This document shows positions 21,523 to 34,585 of a stretch of 64,000 nt of DNA, piece after piece. A program made the translations under genes and the position numbers. Under the pieces are notes generated by a model. It ran no database searches and was not told the origin of the DNA. It saw only the letters and a list, made by a program, of their open reading frames with translations. Positions within the stretch are counted from its first letter, which is position 1; each line of letters begins with the position of its first letter. Source of the DNA: Felis catus (Eukaryota); NCBI RefSeq assembly GCF_018350175.1, contig NC_058368.1:3286001-3350000 (forward strand). The letters are read 5' to 3'.

Positions 21523-23338
21523 AGTCCATAATCTTAAATCCAAGAGCTAACCACTAGGGATGCTCAGGCATATTTCTTTCCAGTTTTAAAAGTAACATGT
21601 GCGTATTTGCACATTTCTGATCCCAAAGAAACACCACTGCCAAAAAAGTCACCTTCCAGATAAACCCCTATCCGAATGAGAAGGTTAAGTCCTGAATCTA
21701 AACAAACCTGTTTAGATTTCTGATGCGCTCAAAGTCACATGTTCAGTATTGTCTTTTTTTGTCTTCCTAAGTGGGTAGCCCCCTAAGGGAAAGGTGGAGG
21801 GAGGAAGCTGATGTAAGAGACCCATTTGCTGTAGTTATTACGGCATAGATACAGGGTAGCCTGCACACATCAGGTTAAGGTCATCTGCTTCCGCTTAATT
21901 ATTAATAGCGCTCAAGTCTCATGGTCAAAGATGGTCCCGTTGAGACGATAAATTATACAGTCACCGTATATACATGTCAGCCTGCTTTTAATGCATCCAC
22001 ACTCTTTGTGTGGCAAATTGCTCACCTGGGTATTGAATTTGCTTATCCAGGGAAAAAAGTTCTTTCTCTCATATGCAAGGTTTTGTTAGTCTGGTGGTCT
22101 CCTGGCCAGACTGCCACTCATAATTGCCTGTCCCCAGAGCAAAAGACCCAGTTAGTCAACTTTGCCTTATTCGGTGGTGGGTGGTGGGAGTGAGGGCTGG
22201 GGAAAACTCACCCTTGCCTAATCCAGAAGAGCCTTCTTGAGGTGGGAGATGGAAGGTGTGTGGGGTGGGTGGGATGTTTCAACCTTCATGTGTATACACT
22301 GAGAAATGCACGAGTGGGGCGGCTTGGTTGGAGAAGTCATTTGTCTGTGCTGCTGAGTGGGCTCCGTCTCTTAGCTCATCTCTTACTTTTGTCGCCACTT
22401 TAAATATTTTATGAATCAAGCCAAGGGTAATGAACCAGAAAATCCTAAGGTTACTGTATTTTTGTTATGAATTCCTGATCCTAGGAATTTGCAACTCAGG
22501 TGCACAGAGTTGTTCTGACTTGAAATGACTTGAAAATTGAGTTAGGAGGTGCAAACTTGGGGGCAAATATTTCCTTCGAGACTGCCTGGGTAATAGCGAG
22601 GACAGGAAAATGACAGAAAGTGTGTGGTTTCTAGGTCTTTTGAACTCTAATAAAAACAAAATTTGGAAGACGGTAAGGGAGAAGTGCTGACCTATCACTC
22701 TGCCATCTTCCCCATCATGGTCTAAGTCAAGTTCGGGCTGAAGCTTAATGTGATTCACAACTTTTTATTCTCATAACTGGCTTGTAATTTCCTTGTTCCA
22801 CATCTGTCTTCCTGCCCCGAAAGGAAAGATTCATGAAGGAAGACAATTTTCTAAATGGTTCTCTGCGGTCTGCCTACAAAACTGTCTGCCACGTGTTTGC
22901 ACCTTTGCTGAATGCTCACACGAGCTCCAGGCGAGATTCTTGAAATCTCCGAAATTATACTTAGTTTCCATTGTCTGGTATTGACCGCCTGTCTGGACCA
23001 ATGTCTGTCCATTCTCTCGCTCTTTTGCGGGGAGGGGGAAGGATCTCAAGTACTGCATTAATTATAATCATTGGTTAATGACATCCTAGCACACCGTAAT
23101 TCTGAGTTCATGCCTAGCCAGCCGTCTTCCACTTATTTGTTTATTTACATTCATTCATTTAATATAGTAAATAAACTCCTGCGGACTGCTACCTAATCAA
23201 AGACCTTGAATATGCCCACTAACTTTGTGCTCTTCATGCCGCACGATGCAGCCTAAATAATGCATCGTGTACCTTTATTTGCTTCAGGGTAATATCCTGC
23301 ATGCTTCTTCTGGTATTTGCTTTTTCACTTGACGTGAC

Positions 23339-23727
23339 TGTTAGGAGCTGAACATTTATACCCTCCCCAAATTCATATTCTGAAGCTCTAACCCCCAAGA
23401 TGCTAGTCTTGGGAGGTAGGGACTTTGGGAGGTAAGTTCAGATAAGGTCATGAGGGTGGGAGCCCTCACAGTGGGATCAGTGCCCTTCTAAGATGAGGAA
23501 GAGAAACCAGAACTTTCTGTCTCTTCATGACACGCACTGAGGAAAGGTGTCGTGAGCACAGAACAGGAAGGCAGCTGTCGGCCCGCCAGGAAGACCGCTC
23601 TCACCAGGAATCAAATTGCCAGCACCTTGATCTTGGATTCCCAGTCTTCAGAACTGTGAGAAATAGGAAGTCTGCTGTTTCAGCCACGCGGTTAATGCTA
23701 TTTTTTGGAGCAGCTGGAGCTAAGACA
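23339..23727 (+). mobile_element. MLT1A/B-like solo LTR
   Basis: TG...CA ends; caaattcatattctgaagctctaacccccaa; aggtcatgagggtggg; TSD gtgac/gcgac. Confidence 0.9.
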
Positions 23728-24085
23728 GCGACTTCACAAAGTTCAATCTATGTTGTTGTACGGACGGCCACTCCTTCATTTTCAAAGCTCTGTAATGCTC
23801 CATTGTGTATACGTCTTAACTTATTTATAGTTTTTCTGTACCTGGGTATCTGAGTTATTTACAGTTTTTGGTAATTAAGAAAAGGGCTTCTCTTGGTGTT
23901 GTGACTCTTGATAGAACATCTTGGGGCACATTCCCGAGCCCGGTTCATAGGGTACGTGGATGTTCAATTTCCCAAATTAATGCCCAAAGTTTTCCATGGG
24001 GTAGTATAATTTACCCTCCCACTAGTGATGTAGAGTAAGTTCCCATTGATCCACATCTTTTCCAACATTTGCTATTGCCAGACTT

Positions 24086-24305
24086 CTTTTTTTTTATTTA
24101 TTTTTAAATTGTTTTAAAGTTTATATATTTATTTTGAGAGAGAGAGACAGCTGGGGAGGGCAGGGAGAGACGGAAGGAGCACCCCAAGAAGGCTCCACTG
24201 ACAGCATGGAACTGGCAATGGGGCTCGATCCCATGATCATGAGATCATGACCTGAGCTGAAACTAAAGTGTCAGATGCTCAACCAACTGAGCCACTCAGG
24301 TGCTC
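24086..24305 (-). mobile_element. CAN-SINE (diverged)
   Basis: Reverse head; TSD cagacttctt. Confidence 0.9.
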
Positions 24306-25851
24306 TGGTATTATCAGACTTCTTAATCTTCATGAACTAGAGGGGTGTTTAAGAGGACGTTTTATTTTATCTTGACTTGGCATTTCCTTCATTAGTAACT
24401 GACTGTCTTTTTAAATTTCCTACCCTTAGGTGTTTTCTCTTCTGTGAAATGCCTGTTCTTGTGTTTTGTTCAGTTTTTCTCTTGCATAATTTTTTTTCTT
24501 ATTTTTTTTGCAAAGTATTTTTGTGCCTTTTTTTTTTTTTTGCACATTCTTAGTACTGATCTTTTGTTGGTTTTAGGTGCTGCAAATATTTCTCCTCCAG
24601 TTTGTAGCTTGCATTTAAGATTTTTTTTTTGATAAGTAGATTTTTAACAAAATTTTAATATAATCAAATGTATAATTCTTTTTTGTTATGCTTGGCACTT
24701 TTTGTGTCATGTTTAAAAATATTTCTCTACCCTGAGGTAATAAAGCTGCTCCTTTATATTATATTCTAAGAGTTTTAAGGTTTTACTTTTGACATTGAAG
24801 TTCTTAATCCATCTGGAGTTGATTTTTGTGTATGGTAAGAAGTACCATTTTCACTTTTTTCCATATGAATAAACAATTTTGCCAGCAACATTTGTTGCGC
24901 TATATTTTTTTTCCTTTATCAATTTTGTGGTAACCTCACAAAAACAGTCGAGAAAAATTCCCAAAAGCTTTTTATCCCTAATGATTAAAGAAATATGTAA
25001 AAATGATTGTTTTGAATCCGTGTGTGTGAGGTTGTATGTCGGGAAACGCATAGCGATTTAATCGCAACGAACTTATTGATTGGGTACAATATTTAGCGCC
25101 ATTTTATAGAGAAGTCAAATAGGGCCAAGAGATGGCAAATACATGTTGTAAATATAATAAAAGATGTTAAATGTTTCCCAAGGTCCTGCAGCTGATTAGG
25201 GGCGGCAGAGTAAGGGTTCTAGCCTTGGCCTAACGTTGCTTTCACAACTTTACTAGAAAGGGAATTAAATGGGGCCAGCTGTTCTCGTGCTCTTTGTTCA
25301 ACATTCAAAGTGAAAGACAAGGGCTGGCCCACTAGTAAATAAGTAGATTGATACTGCCCTTGGGAAAACGCTTTTCCCTGTTTTCCACAAGGGTCAGCCA
25401 TTGACACTATCAATCTCTCTCTTCGCTAACACAGAGCCGTGTACCACTGGAAGCATTCCTTTTTCTTGGAGTAAGAAGGGAGTATTAAAATTAGGAAATT
25501 CAAGCACTGGATAGAGACACGAAACATTGCCTCGAGTAGGTACTGGCCCCTCCTCGGCTCTCAAGGGTCTTTGTAGGTTCGTAAAGCGTGGATAATCGGC
25601 ATTTGTGTAAGTGAAACATTTCCTCATCGTTTGTTTTATGTCACAGCAGTCTCTTCTAAATATGCTCTGTGATGTACAACGGAATTTGAAAGGAAGGCCT
25701 AACAGTCACAAAATTGTTTTACCTTATTTGTAACCTTAGAGAAGCCACCAGAAGTCATGGAGCCTGAGAAAACATAGAACCCAATTTTTCCACATTTGAA
25801 CCCCCACTACTCTGTTCACTTACTGCATGGCTTTGGACAAGTATTCCAAAT

Positions 25852-26182
25852 CAGAGGTTGCCACACTTTTTCTGGAAAGGGCCAACTGGTAAATAGTGTA
25901 GGCTTTATAGGCCACATCACCTGGGCCTACAGGCTCTACAGAAGTCTCTATTACAGCGCAAAAGTAGCCTTAGGAAGATACATAAACAAAGAAGTGTGCT
26001 CTGTGTCAATAACACTTTCTAGAGAAACACTGACATTTGAATTTTATGTACTGTGTCATGAAATACCATTGTTCTTTTGATTCATTTCTTCACCCATTTG
26101 AAAATGTCAACTTTTAGTGCTTGGGTCATAAAAAAACAGGAATGGGCTGGATTTGGCCCAAGACAACAGTTTGCTGAGCCCA
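25852..26182. mobile_element. MER58-like hAT-Charlie element inserted in a MIR
   Basis: cagaggttgccacactttttctggaaagggcca...gggctggatttggccc...agtttgctgagccc. Confidence 0.8.
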
Positions 26183-26359
26183 GATCTCAACTCTCTTCAG
26201 TTGACTCACCTGTAAAATTCAAATCATGAGAATTGTCCAAGGTATTAAGTTGGGGGTGGTGGGAGATTATGGCGATGAGAGCTAGCCACAGAGGAGAAAT
26301 TCAATCTCTTTTGTTTTTGTTTTTTTTTAGTTTACAAATTTGAAATTATTATTGTGGCT

Positions 26360-27560
26360 ATTAACTTATTTGATAAATACTTATTGTCTCTTTTCATGTC
26401 AGCTATTCTCAGTTCTGGGGATGCGGCAGTGAATATGCTAGGGTCCCTGCCCTTCTCGTGTTTACATTCTAGAAGGAGAATAACACTAAGAGGGAAAGGT
26501 AAAGTTTATAACATGTCAGATGGTGAGAAGCCCTAGGGTAGAATCTTCCCCTGTAAGGGGAAGATTTAGACTATGGTTTTAATTTTTTGAGTCATCAGCA
26601 CATAGATGGAATTTCAAGCTATTAAGATTTTGGGAAGTCATCAAGAGTACAAGAACAAATCAGAAAGGAATGAGGTCTAAGGCTTAAGCAGGGAGCCACT
26701 CTATTAGTCGACAGTCAGGGAGGTAAAGAAGAACCACTCAAGGATACTGAGAAGTACAAAGAAAATCAGGAAAGCATGCTTTTTCTGGGAACTTGGTGTT
26801 AAAACATGAGAGGGCCAAAGGGAAGGGAGAGATCCCCATAACGTAACTCCCATTTGGTCAATCAAGATGAAGCCTGAACTGAAGTTCAGAAGTCATCGGT
26901 GGTCTTGATGAGGAATAACTTTGATAGGATGGATGGAAATGGAAGGAACCTCTTTGGTTCAAGGAAATAATGCGAGGGGTGGGGTGCCTGGCCGGCTCAG
27001 TCAGTGGAGCCTGTGACTCTTGATCTCAGGAGCTGTGAGTTTGAGCCCCGCGTTGGGTGTGGAGATTTACTTAAAAATAAAATCGTTTAAAAAGGGGGAA
27101 AGAAAAACCAAGCGCTTGAAAAGAAGTAGAGACATCCGCTCTGAAGGAGTTTTCCTGTTAAGCAAAGATAGAAATGCACCAAGACCTGGGGGTGGAATTG
27201 TGGGTTAGGATGAGGCGCTGGGATTAAAGAACATTAGGTAGGTTGGCTTTAATTTCTCCTTTGTAAGTGGTAGAAATAAGACCTTGTTAACTTGCTGACA
27301 GGAAAGACTCGCCAGAGAGAGAGAAACAAATGATGCAGTGAGGGGAGAGGTCAGCAAATGGCTGGAGTGATGCTCTTGGAGTGAGCGAGGAAGGTTCCAA
27401 ACCATTGTATAGATTGAGGGGTTCACCTTAACTAGCAGCCAAGACCATTCATCCATGGAAACAAGACAACAGTCAGACGAAACACAGATACTTGCAGGTG
27501 GGCATGTGGAGTGGCAGAAACTGATAAAAGATTTCTTCAGGTTATTTCTGTCTTCTCAGT
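26360..27560 (-). mobile_element. L2 fragments
   Basis: L2 3' end atttgataaatacttattg...tggggatgcggcagtgaa; gagtcatcagcacatagatggaattt. Confidence 0.7.
26981..27093 (+). mobile_element. Short old carnivore tRNA-SINE lacking the CT tract
   Basis: ggggtgcctggccggctcagtcagtggagc...tgggtgtggagatttacttaaaaataaaatc. Confidence 0.85.
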
Positions 27561-27715
27561 GAAATGGGGCTTTCGTTGATAGTAATAATGGGTGCCTAGG
27601 AAGTTGGAGAAAAGAAGATACGAATAACCACATGTAATTATTGTATTATGATAATTGGATGGTATATAGAACAGAGCTTCTTAGGTGGGGCACATGGATT
27701 TAATATTTTTAAAAT

Positions 27716-27920
27716 TATTTTAAGTTTACTTTTTTTTTTTGAGAGAGAGCGCTAGCACGTGCGCACGCAAGTGGGGGAGGGGCAGAGAGAGACTCCCAAG
27801 AAGGCTTCCCACTGTCAGCGTGGAGCCCCACCTGAGACTTGAACCTACCAACCGTGAGATCATGACCTGAGCCGAAATCAAGAGTTGGATGCTTAACTGA
27901 CTGAGCCACCCAGGCGCTCC
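27716..27920 (-). mobile_element. CAN-SINE
   Basis: Reverse consensus. Confidence 0.93.
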
Positions 27921-28091
27921 TGGATTTGATAGTTGCTGGATGGCCTTTAGCACATCCATGGGGCCCCGAAAACTATATGAATGATTTTCTTTAGATATAC
28001 ATTTTTTTTTTTCCTGGGAAGGAGTTCCTAGCTCTCTTTAGATGATCCAATGGGTTCGTGACTCACACAAGATTAAAAAACAAACCAAGAT

Positions 28092-28324
28092 CGCCTGGGT
28101 GGCTCAGTCGGTTCAGCGTCCGACTTTGGCTCAGGTCATGATCCCACAGTTCGTGGGTTCGAGCCCGGCATCGGGCTCTGTGCTGACAGCTCGGAGCCTG
28201 GAGCCTACTTGGGATTCTGGGTCTCCCTCTATCTCTGCCCCTCCCCCACTCGTGCTGTGTGTCTCTCTCTCTCTCTCTCAAAAATAAATAAATGTAAAAA
28301 ATAAAAACAAAACAAAACAAAACA
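28092..28324 (+). mobile_element. CAN-SINE (SINEC_Fc)
   Basis: Consensus; TSD caagatc. Confidence 0.95.
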
Positions 28325-28512
28325 AGATCTAGTCAACCCACTGCAGAAAGAGAACAGCCAGGTGTCACATCAGGATCTGTGCTCCGTGCCTGACTCCGAC
28401 AGGGAAGCTGGCACTCCTCTTGCCTGTGATGCTAGTTTCCTTATTTGCGGCAAGGAAATGAATTACGGCTGAGGCCCGGATGCTGGGGTCCAGCTATAGA
28501 ATTATATGCAAA

Positions 28513-28523
28513 GTGAGTCAGCA
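28513..28523 (+). promoter_or_regulatory. ARE/MARE-type site with AP-1 core (GTGAGTCAGCA)
   Basis: Exact match to RTGASTCAGCA in a repeat-free island. Confidence 0.35.
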
Positions 28524-30117
28524 GAGGGAGGCAGGCCCCGGGTGAGTATCCAGAGGAGTCGATCCAAACGAAGGCCATAGACATTGAGGCCCAGGTGAAG
28601 AGCCAGACGGGCGAGCCAGACAATCGTCCACACAGCTCTGTTGTTCTCCAGATGCAAGTCCAAGTCCCCGCCACCAACCCTGACCCTCCACACAGAGCTT
28701 ATCTCCAAGGATGTCGAGCAATGGCAAAATCATTTTCCAACCAAAAAAGGCTCCGCACAATTTGGTTTCCTCACAGTTAAGGCATATATTTATTTCAAAT
28801 ATGCAAATCTGAGAGAGGAAGGAAATTTAGGTTCAAAACTGGAAGAAATTTCCTATTTCCAGAAGATGATGCCGTACTGAATGATCCCACTGGAGCACTC
28901 AAATTGAGGAACGATTTGACATTTTGGATATTTTTGAAACCTCTTAGTTTATTTAATTTTGCCTTCCCAAAAGATAATATAAACAGGCAAGGTATTTTAT
29001 GTGGAATACTTAGCATACAGATCAGAATACAAATCCAAATTGTGATGAAAGTAAATTATGTCACGTATAAATCGATCATTTGGGGAACTTAACTTTTTTC
29101 CCCTTAAACTCAAAAAAATATATATTAACTGTTCGATGAATAGCTTTTTTAAATTAAAAGCATTTTTTAAGTTTTAAGTTATTTTTTTAAATAACTCGTA
29201 CTGATCTTTATTTGACGTTGAAATATATCTTCCGAACTTACTTCAAAGCCGAAGGGGGAAAAAATTAAGCAGCTGTCTCACCCGATTTTTGCCTTTGGTA
29301 TTATTAAAAGGCAGAGGAAAGCCTGCCCCAGGCTGAGATGTTATTTACCAAGTTAAAGGCTAAAGCCAATTATCATGTCCAAGTTATAAAGTCCTTATGA
29401 AAACAGCAACTTATAATGGAAATTTGGACGCACCTAAGCTCTGGTAAGGCAACATGCTTCAATAATAATAATAATAATAAATCTGGTTTTTTATATTCAA
29501 ACTCATACCACATTCTTGCTGTGAGGAAAATCAATTTATATTTCCAGGGAGGAATTCCAAAGTAGAATTGGGTATTTATCATGACTGAACTGAACTGACA
29601 GCTTCTTCACATGTTCTATTTTGCAGATTTTCTACATGTTTACGTTTGTTAGTTTTAACGTCTTCACGAAAAATACGGTATGTTGAAATCGACCTTTCCT
29701 CCTATTCCTAAAGAAAGTTACCACCCTTCTAATTAAATTAAGGTATGACTGCAATTCATTTTATTAAATATTCCATTAGAAAAACACTTTCTTTCATAGC
29801 AAAGTATGCACTTGCTTTAGTCCTTGGCATTTTCCTCTCTAGCTGCCGTCATTCCGTTGAAGCATTTACTTTGAAATGCCTGCCAAATATTTTTGCCCAA
29901 TACCACAATAACAATGCAGCAATGTATGAGTGATTTATTCTAGTGAGTTTACAACGGCCGAGCCCGCGTGGAACACTCTCCAGAGTTCAACCAGAAGGTT
30001 GGCTTCTGTCTCTTGAGCCGTAAGTGGTCTGTCCACCAGCATGTCGTGGGCCACTGGGGAGTCCCCCCTCCAGGTGTAAACACGGCCAAGTAATTAATTG
30101 GTTGCTTTAACTTAAAA

Positions 30118-30151
<34 letters not shown>

Positions 30152-31275
30152 GCAAAAACACAAACACGTATGCAGACATCACCGCGCAAATGCACAGAAA
30201 ATGTACAGACACACATACACATACATGCATGCTGGTCACTTTGAGCTCCTCGCTCCTGTTAAGACTTTTACTATGGACACATTTTTGTTAAGTAAAATGA
30301 AACCATCATTTCCCCGCTGCGGTGTTGAAAAACCCCATTTTTGTTTCTGCCATTAAGTCACACAAGCACGTCTCGTTTGGGCCGCCTAACGATTGGGCTT
30401 CACTCGAAATACCCGAAATGAGTGTATTTTCAAATTTGTCTCCGGTTTTCCTTCTGCGTGTGGCTTTGTAAAAAGATCCACAACAAAGGGAAAAATGCTT
30501 GTGTGCCACCGTTCCAAAGGCTGAATGCTTATTTAGAAAGGTCGCTGTATCCAAAGGACAGACTGCCAGCTCTTTTGAATTTTCCTTACTTGCCCCTTCT
30601 CTGGAAACAGAAAGAAACACGAATCATCGTCTGGGAGGCCAGAGGTGGAGACCACCCAGGACAGACCTCATTTAGCGTCTAGTGACCTTCTGTTACACGC
30701 GCAGCAAAGCAGCGAGGAAAAAGTCCAGACACAATTCCTCCGGAGTCCTGAAGTACTTTCTACCTCGTCTGGCTCTTTAAAGGCTTAAAAGACGCATAAG
30801 CGGCTGATGATTGTAAAAACAAAGCAACACCAAACCGGGACTGGCCCTCCGGAGTGCTTCAGCTGCTGTTGTCTGACCTCCCTCCTCTCACTTGGCTTGC
30901 CCTGTTTCTGGAGCACGAGGATCTGTTTTCTTTTCTGAAAGAGTTGTCGAGAAAGTGGCCTCCGTAGAACATTCGATCACAAATGGTGGACTCCTAAGAA
31001 ATAGAAATGTGTGTGCGTACGCGTTGCCTCCGTGCTCCAGTACGGCGGGGGTGAAGCACGCTCTTCTGCCCTGTGCAAATGAATTTATGTGATGTCGCTA
31101 AGGGATCACGACTCGGACGTGAGCAACGTTATCTCCTGTATTGCATTTAGATCCCCCAAAGACACATGGGCAAGCTTACTGGTGACATCGACTCCAATAA
31201 GGCAATTGGGTCATTTCAAACACATTTCACGTCTTTTTTAAGGCTATCTTGTAGGCGTTTTTAAAATTTAATTTT

Positions 31276-31490
31276 GGGGTGCCCCAGGTGGCTCAGTCGG
31301 TTAAGCATCTGACTTCTTTTCAGGTCAGGATCTTGTGGTTCGTGAGTCCCAGCCCCGCGTCGGGCTCTGGGCTGACAGCTCAGAGCCTGGAGTCGGCTTT
31401 GGATTCTGGTCTCCCTGTCTCCCTGCCCCTCCCCTGCTCATAATCTGTTCTCTCTCTCTCTCTCTCAACATAAATAAACATTAAAAAAAA
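31276..31490 (+). mobile_element. CAN-SINE (SINEC_Fc)
   Basis: Consensus; TSD aatttaattttg. Confidence 0.93.
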
Positions 31491-31769
31491 TGTTTTTTTA
31501 ATTTAATTTTGCCCTACATGTGTTTGTGCAGCTGGTGGTGGTCAATTTGTATTTTCTTTCATTTACTGTATAGCTTAATCAGTGGGGATCGTTGTAGAGG
31601 ACTGGTTTGGGGCCAAGGGTGAAGAATACAATTGGGTACATAGATACAGGATGGGGAGAGGTGACATGATGATGGCAAAGAGAAAGCCAAATGGCCAAAA
31701 CGTGAAGCGACTGGTGGAACTTGGGGACTGACGTCTAGATAAGCAAGTTTAAGGCAGACAACCATTCCT

Positions 31770-32000
31770 TGGGTCAATGATATTTACTGAGTGTTTTGCG
31801 TTGGTCAGCCCCTGAACCAAATGCTAGAAATTCAAAAGAGAAGCAAAGGCAGAGCTCTTATAGTCAGTAAGCTGGCGTCCAATGGAGAAGACAGGTCTAC
31901 AAATAAGCAGATTGTTCTCCTTAACACATCTAACATTTTATTACCAGGCCTGGCAAATAGTAGGTAATCAAACGTTTCTTGATTAGATGAATGAATTGTC
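31770..32000. mobile_element. L2 3'-end fragments
   Basis: atatttactgagtg...; cctggcaaatagtaggtaatcaaacgtttcttgattagatgaatgaat. Confidence 0.6.
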
Positions 32001-33167
32001 TAGTGTGGTGTGGTCTTTAGCACGCGACTGATAAATGTAAGTTCCCTAAAATAGTTCAATTTTGTTTTGTAATTTTTTTCCGTGTGTGTGTTAAAATATT
32101 TTTGTTACTCCCCAGCCAAATCACTTAGTAAATTCCCTGGGGCTAGGTACCATGGTTAGTGTTTCTGGTCTGGGGCTTGGTGTGCAGAATGAGGTCTGGG
32201 GTGAGGATTGCATGCGGGGAGGAAAGAAATTTCTTTTCGGTTTCGTGGTCTGTCTTCAAAAGTTTTGTACATTTTACCAACACGACTGTTTTCATACTAA
32301 CAAAACGTAACTTCAAATGCATAATGATTCCTACCTTGTTGTGTTAGGTCTTTTGATTTGGGGAATTGGGCTGAATTAGAATATACTAGCACCGTGCATA
32401 TCTGACTCAGCCTCTGGGCAAATGCTCATCTCTAATTTGATGTCACAATAGTTGCTGAATTCAAACATACATCTGCAAACATACATATTCTCGTACTGAC
32501 TCTTCAAACTCCCAAGGCTTCCCTACAGAATCTCAGGGTGTGTGTCCCATGCATCATGTTGCCTTCGATCGGTGACATTAGGAACTCATGGATGGAGAGC
32601 GGTGTTGGTGATAAGGCTGCGTGGGTCATTCCCCTGTCTGCTCTCAGCTCCACCCTGTCTTTCCTTTTGTTCTGCTCTGTGTTCGGGGCCTTAACTCTGC
32701 AGAAGCTTTCCTTTCTCTGTTCCTTTGCCAACTGGTATCCATCTGCTTTGTGAAATGGAAGGCTCTAGTAAAAACTGAAGGTTGGGAAGAAGGGAGATTC
32801 CAAGGGATAGGCCCCTTGTTCTCCTCTGCCCCTTCTCCAGGACGGTGTGTGTCCTCCATGGTCCCATCTGCTGCCGGGACACCCTGGGTCTGGGATTCTG
32901 GTCATTGTACCCTCCTCCCACTGTTATTTCAGTCCATGGACTACTGATTGCCTCCTACTGTCCTTGTTGCCTTTTTGGCTTTTCCAACAGCCTTATAGCT
33001 AGTTCTCCGTGTTCAAATCCCTCTGGTGAAATGCCAAACACGTGCTCCCCTTTCCTGACTGGATACCCATCCATACTAGGACTTTGTTCAGAAACACTAT
33101 GCCAATACTTGTAACCATTTTCTCTGGGATCTGGTAAAATTTTCAGAGAATTTATTTCACTCCATAT

Positions 33168-33237
33168 TATTCTTTTTTCTTTTTTTCTTTTCTGAGAGAG
33201 AGAGAGAGAGAGAGAGCACAGACAGGGGAGGAGCAGA

Positions 33238-33271
<34 letters not shown>

Positions 33272-33402
33272 CAGAATCTTAAGCAGCCTCCTCGCCTCCA
33301 CACTCAGCGCGGAGCCCAATGCGGGGCTCATTCCCCTGGGATCATGACCTGAGCCGAGATCAAGAGCTGGACGCTCAACCAACTGAGGCACCCTGGTGTT
33401 CC
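33168..33402 (-). mobile_element. CAN-SINE
   Basis: Reverse consensus; TSD cactccatayta. Confidence 0.93.
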
Positions 33403-33514
33403 ACTCCATACTATTCGATTTCATGAGAATACATTTATAACTTTATTTGCCAGCCTACTCTATCTCCTTATTGAACAGCGATGAAGCAAGACAAAATTGG
33501 AGAAGGATTTGCCT

Positions 33515-33900
33515 TGTCCTGTTTGAGCTGCCATAAAAAAGTGCTGTAGACTGACAGGCTTCAACCACAGACATTTATTTTCTCATAACTCTGAAATCCG
33601 GAAGTCCAAGATCAAGGGGCCGACCAGGTCAGCGTCCAGTGAGGATGTCTTCTTGGATGGCAGGTGTGTGTTCCTTCTTGCTGTGTGTTCCCGTGGCCTT
33701 CGCTCAGTGAATGTCTGCCGAGAAGGAGAGTGAGCTCTCTGGTGTCTCTTCCTTACAAGGACACTAATCCATGAAGATCTTCTCTGAATGGTGTTAAGAA
33801 TTTAACATAATTGCTTCCTTATTCCAAATACAGCCATATATATGGAGTTAGGGCTTCAACATATGAATGTTGTGGGGATCCAGACATTCAGCCCATAACA
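33515..33900 (-). mobile_element. MLT1A/B-like solo LTR
   Basis: cagacatttattttctcataactctg...gaagtccaagatcaagg...gggcttcaacatatgaat...attcagcccataaca. Confidence 0.88.
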
Positions 33901-34360
33901 GCATTCATTCAGAAAGGTTCTTCTTTCAGAAAGTTAGTTTATCCAGAGAGTTTACTCCTTTATATGAAAAAAAAAGCAAAAACCAAAATTTGTAGCATTT
34001 CAGATATATGTGGCAAAAAGTAAAGGGAGCCTTTTAGGGGAGCAGTTTTTTCCGCTCATATGTGTTGTGATTGGTTATAAAACTTATGACACGTACAGTC
34101 ATTACAAATATTTGTTCATTTTTTAAACAAAAATTAAAAGTTAAGCAATTAGAGAAACAGTGACCAGTAAGAATGATAGAGAATGTGTCGTTTAAAACAT
34201 TATACACCAAATGGATCTTATTGTTATTTCTAGAATATTAGATCCAATTAAACTGCGGAACACACATTCTTTTCAGATGTCGAAGAAATATCTACCAAGA
34301 TCAACCAGATTAACCATATGCAGGGATATAATAAGGATCTCAATTGATATCAAAGATCTC

Positions 34361-34585
34361 GGGGCGCCTGGGTGGCGCAGTCGGTTAAGCGTCCGACTTC
34401 AGCCAGGTCATGATCTCGCGGTCCGGGAGTTCGAGCCCCACGTCAGGCTCTGGGCTGATGGCTCGGAGCCTGGAGCCTGTTTCCGATTCTGTGTCTCCCT
34501 CTCTCTCTGCCCCTCCCCCGTTCATGCTCTGTCTCTCTCTGTCCCAAAAATAAATAAACGTTGAAAAAAAAAATAAAAAAAAAAA
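34361..34585 (+). mobile_element. Young CAN-SINE (SINEC_Fc)
   Basis: Near-consensus; TSD aaagatctc. Confidence 0.97.

Larger units (their letters stand above)
23250..24900 (-). mobile_element. Old L1M fragment (interrupted by MLT1 and a SINE)
   Basis: Antisense L1 motifs tttaccctcccactagtgatgtagag, tgcaaatatttctcc, ttaatccatctggagttgatttttgtgtatgg. Confidence 0.8.
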
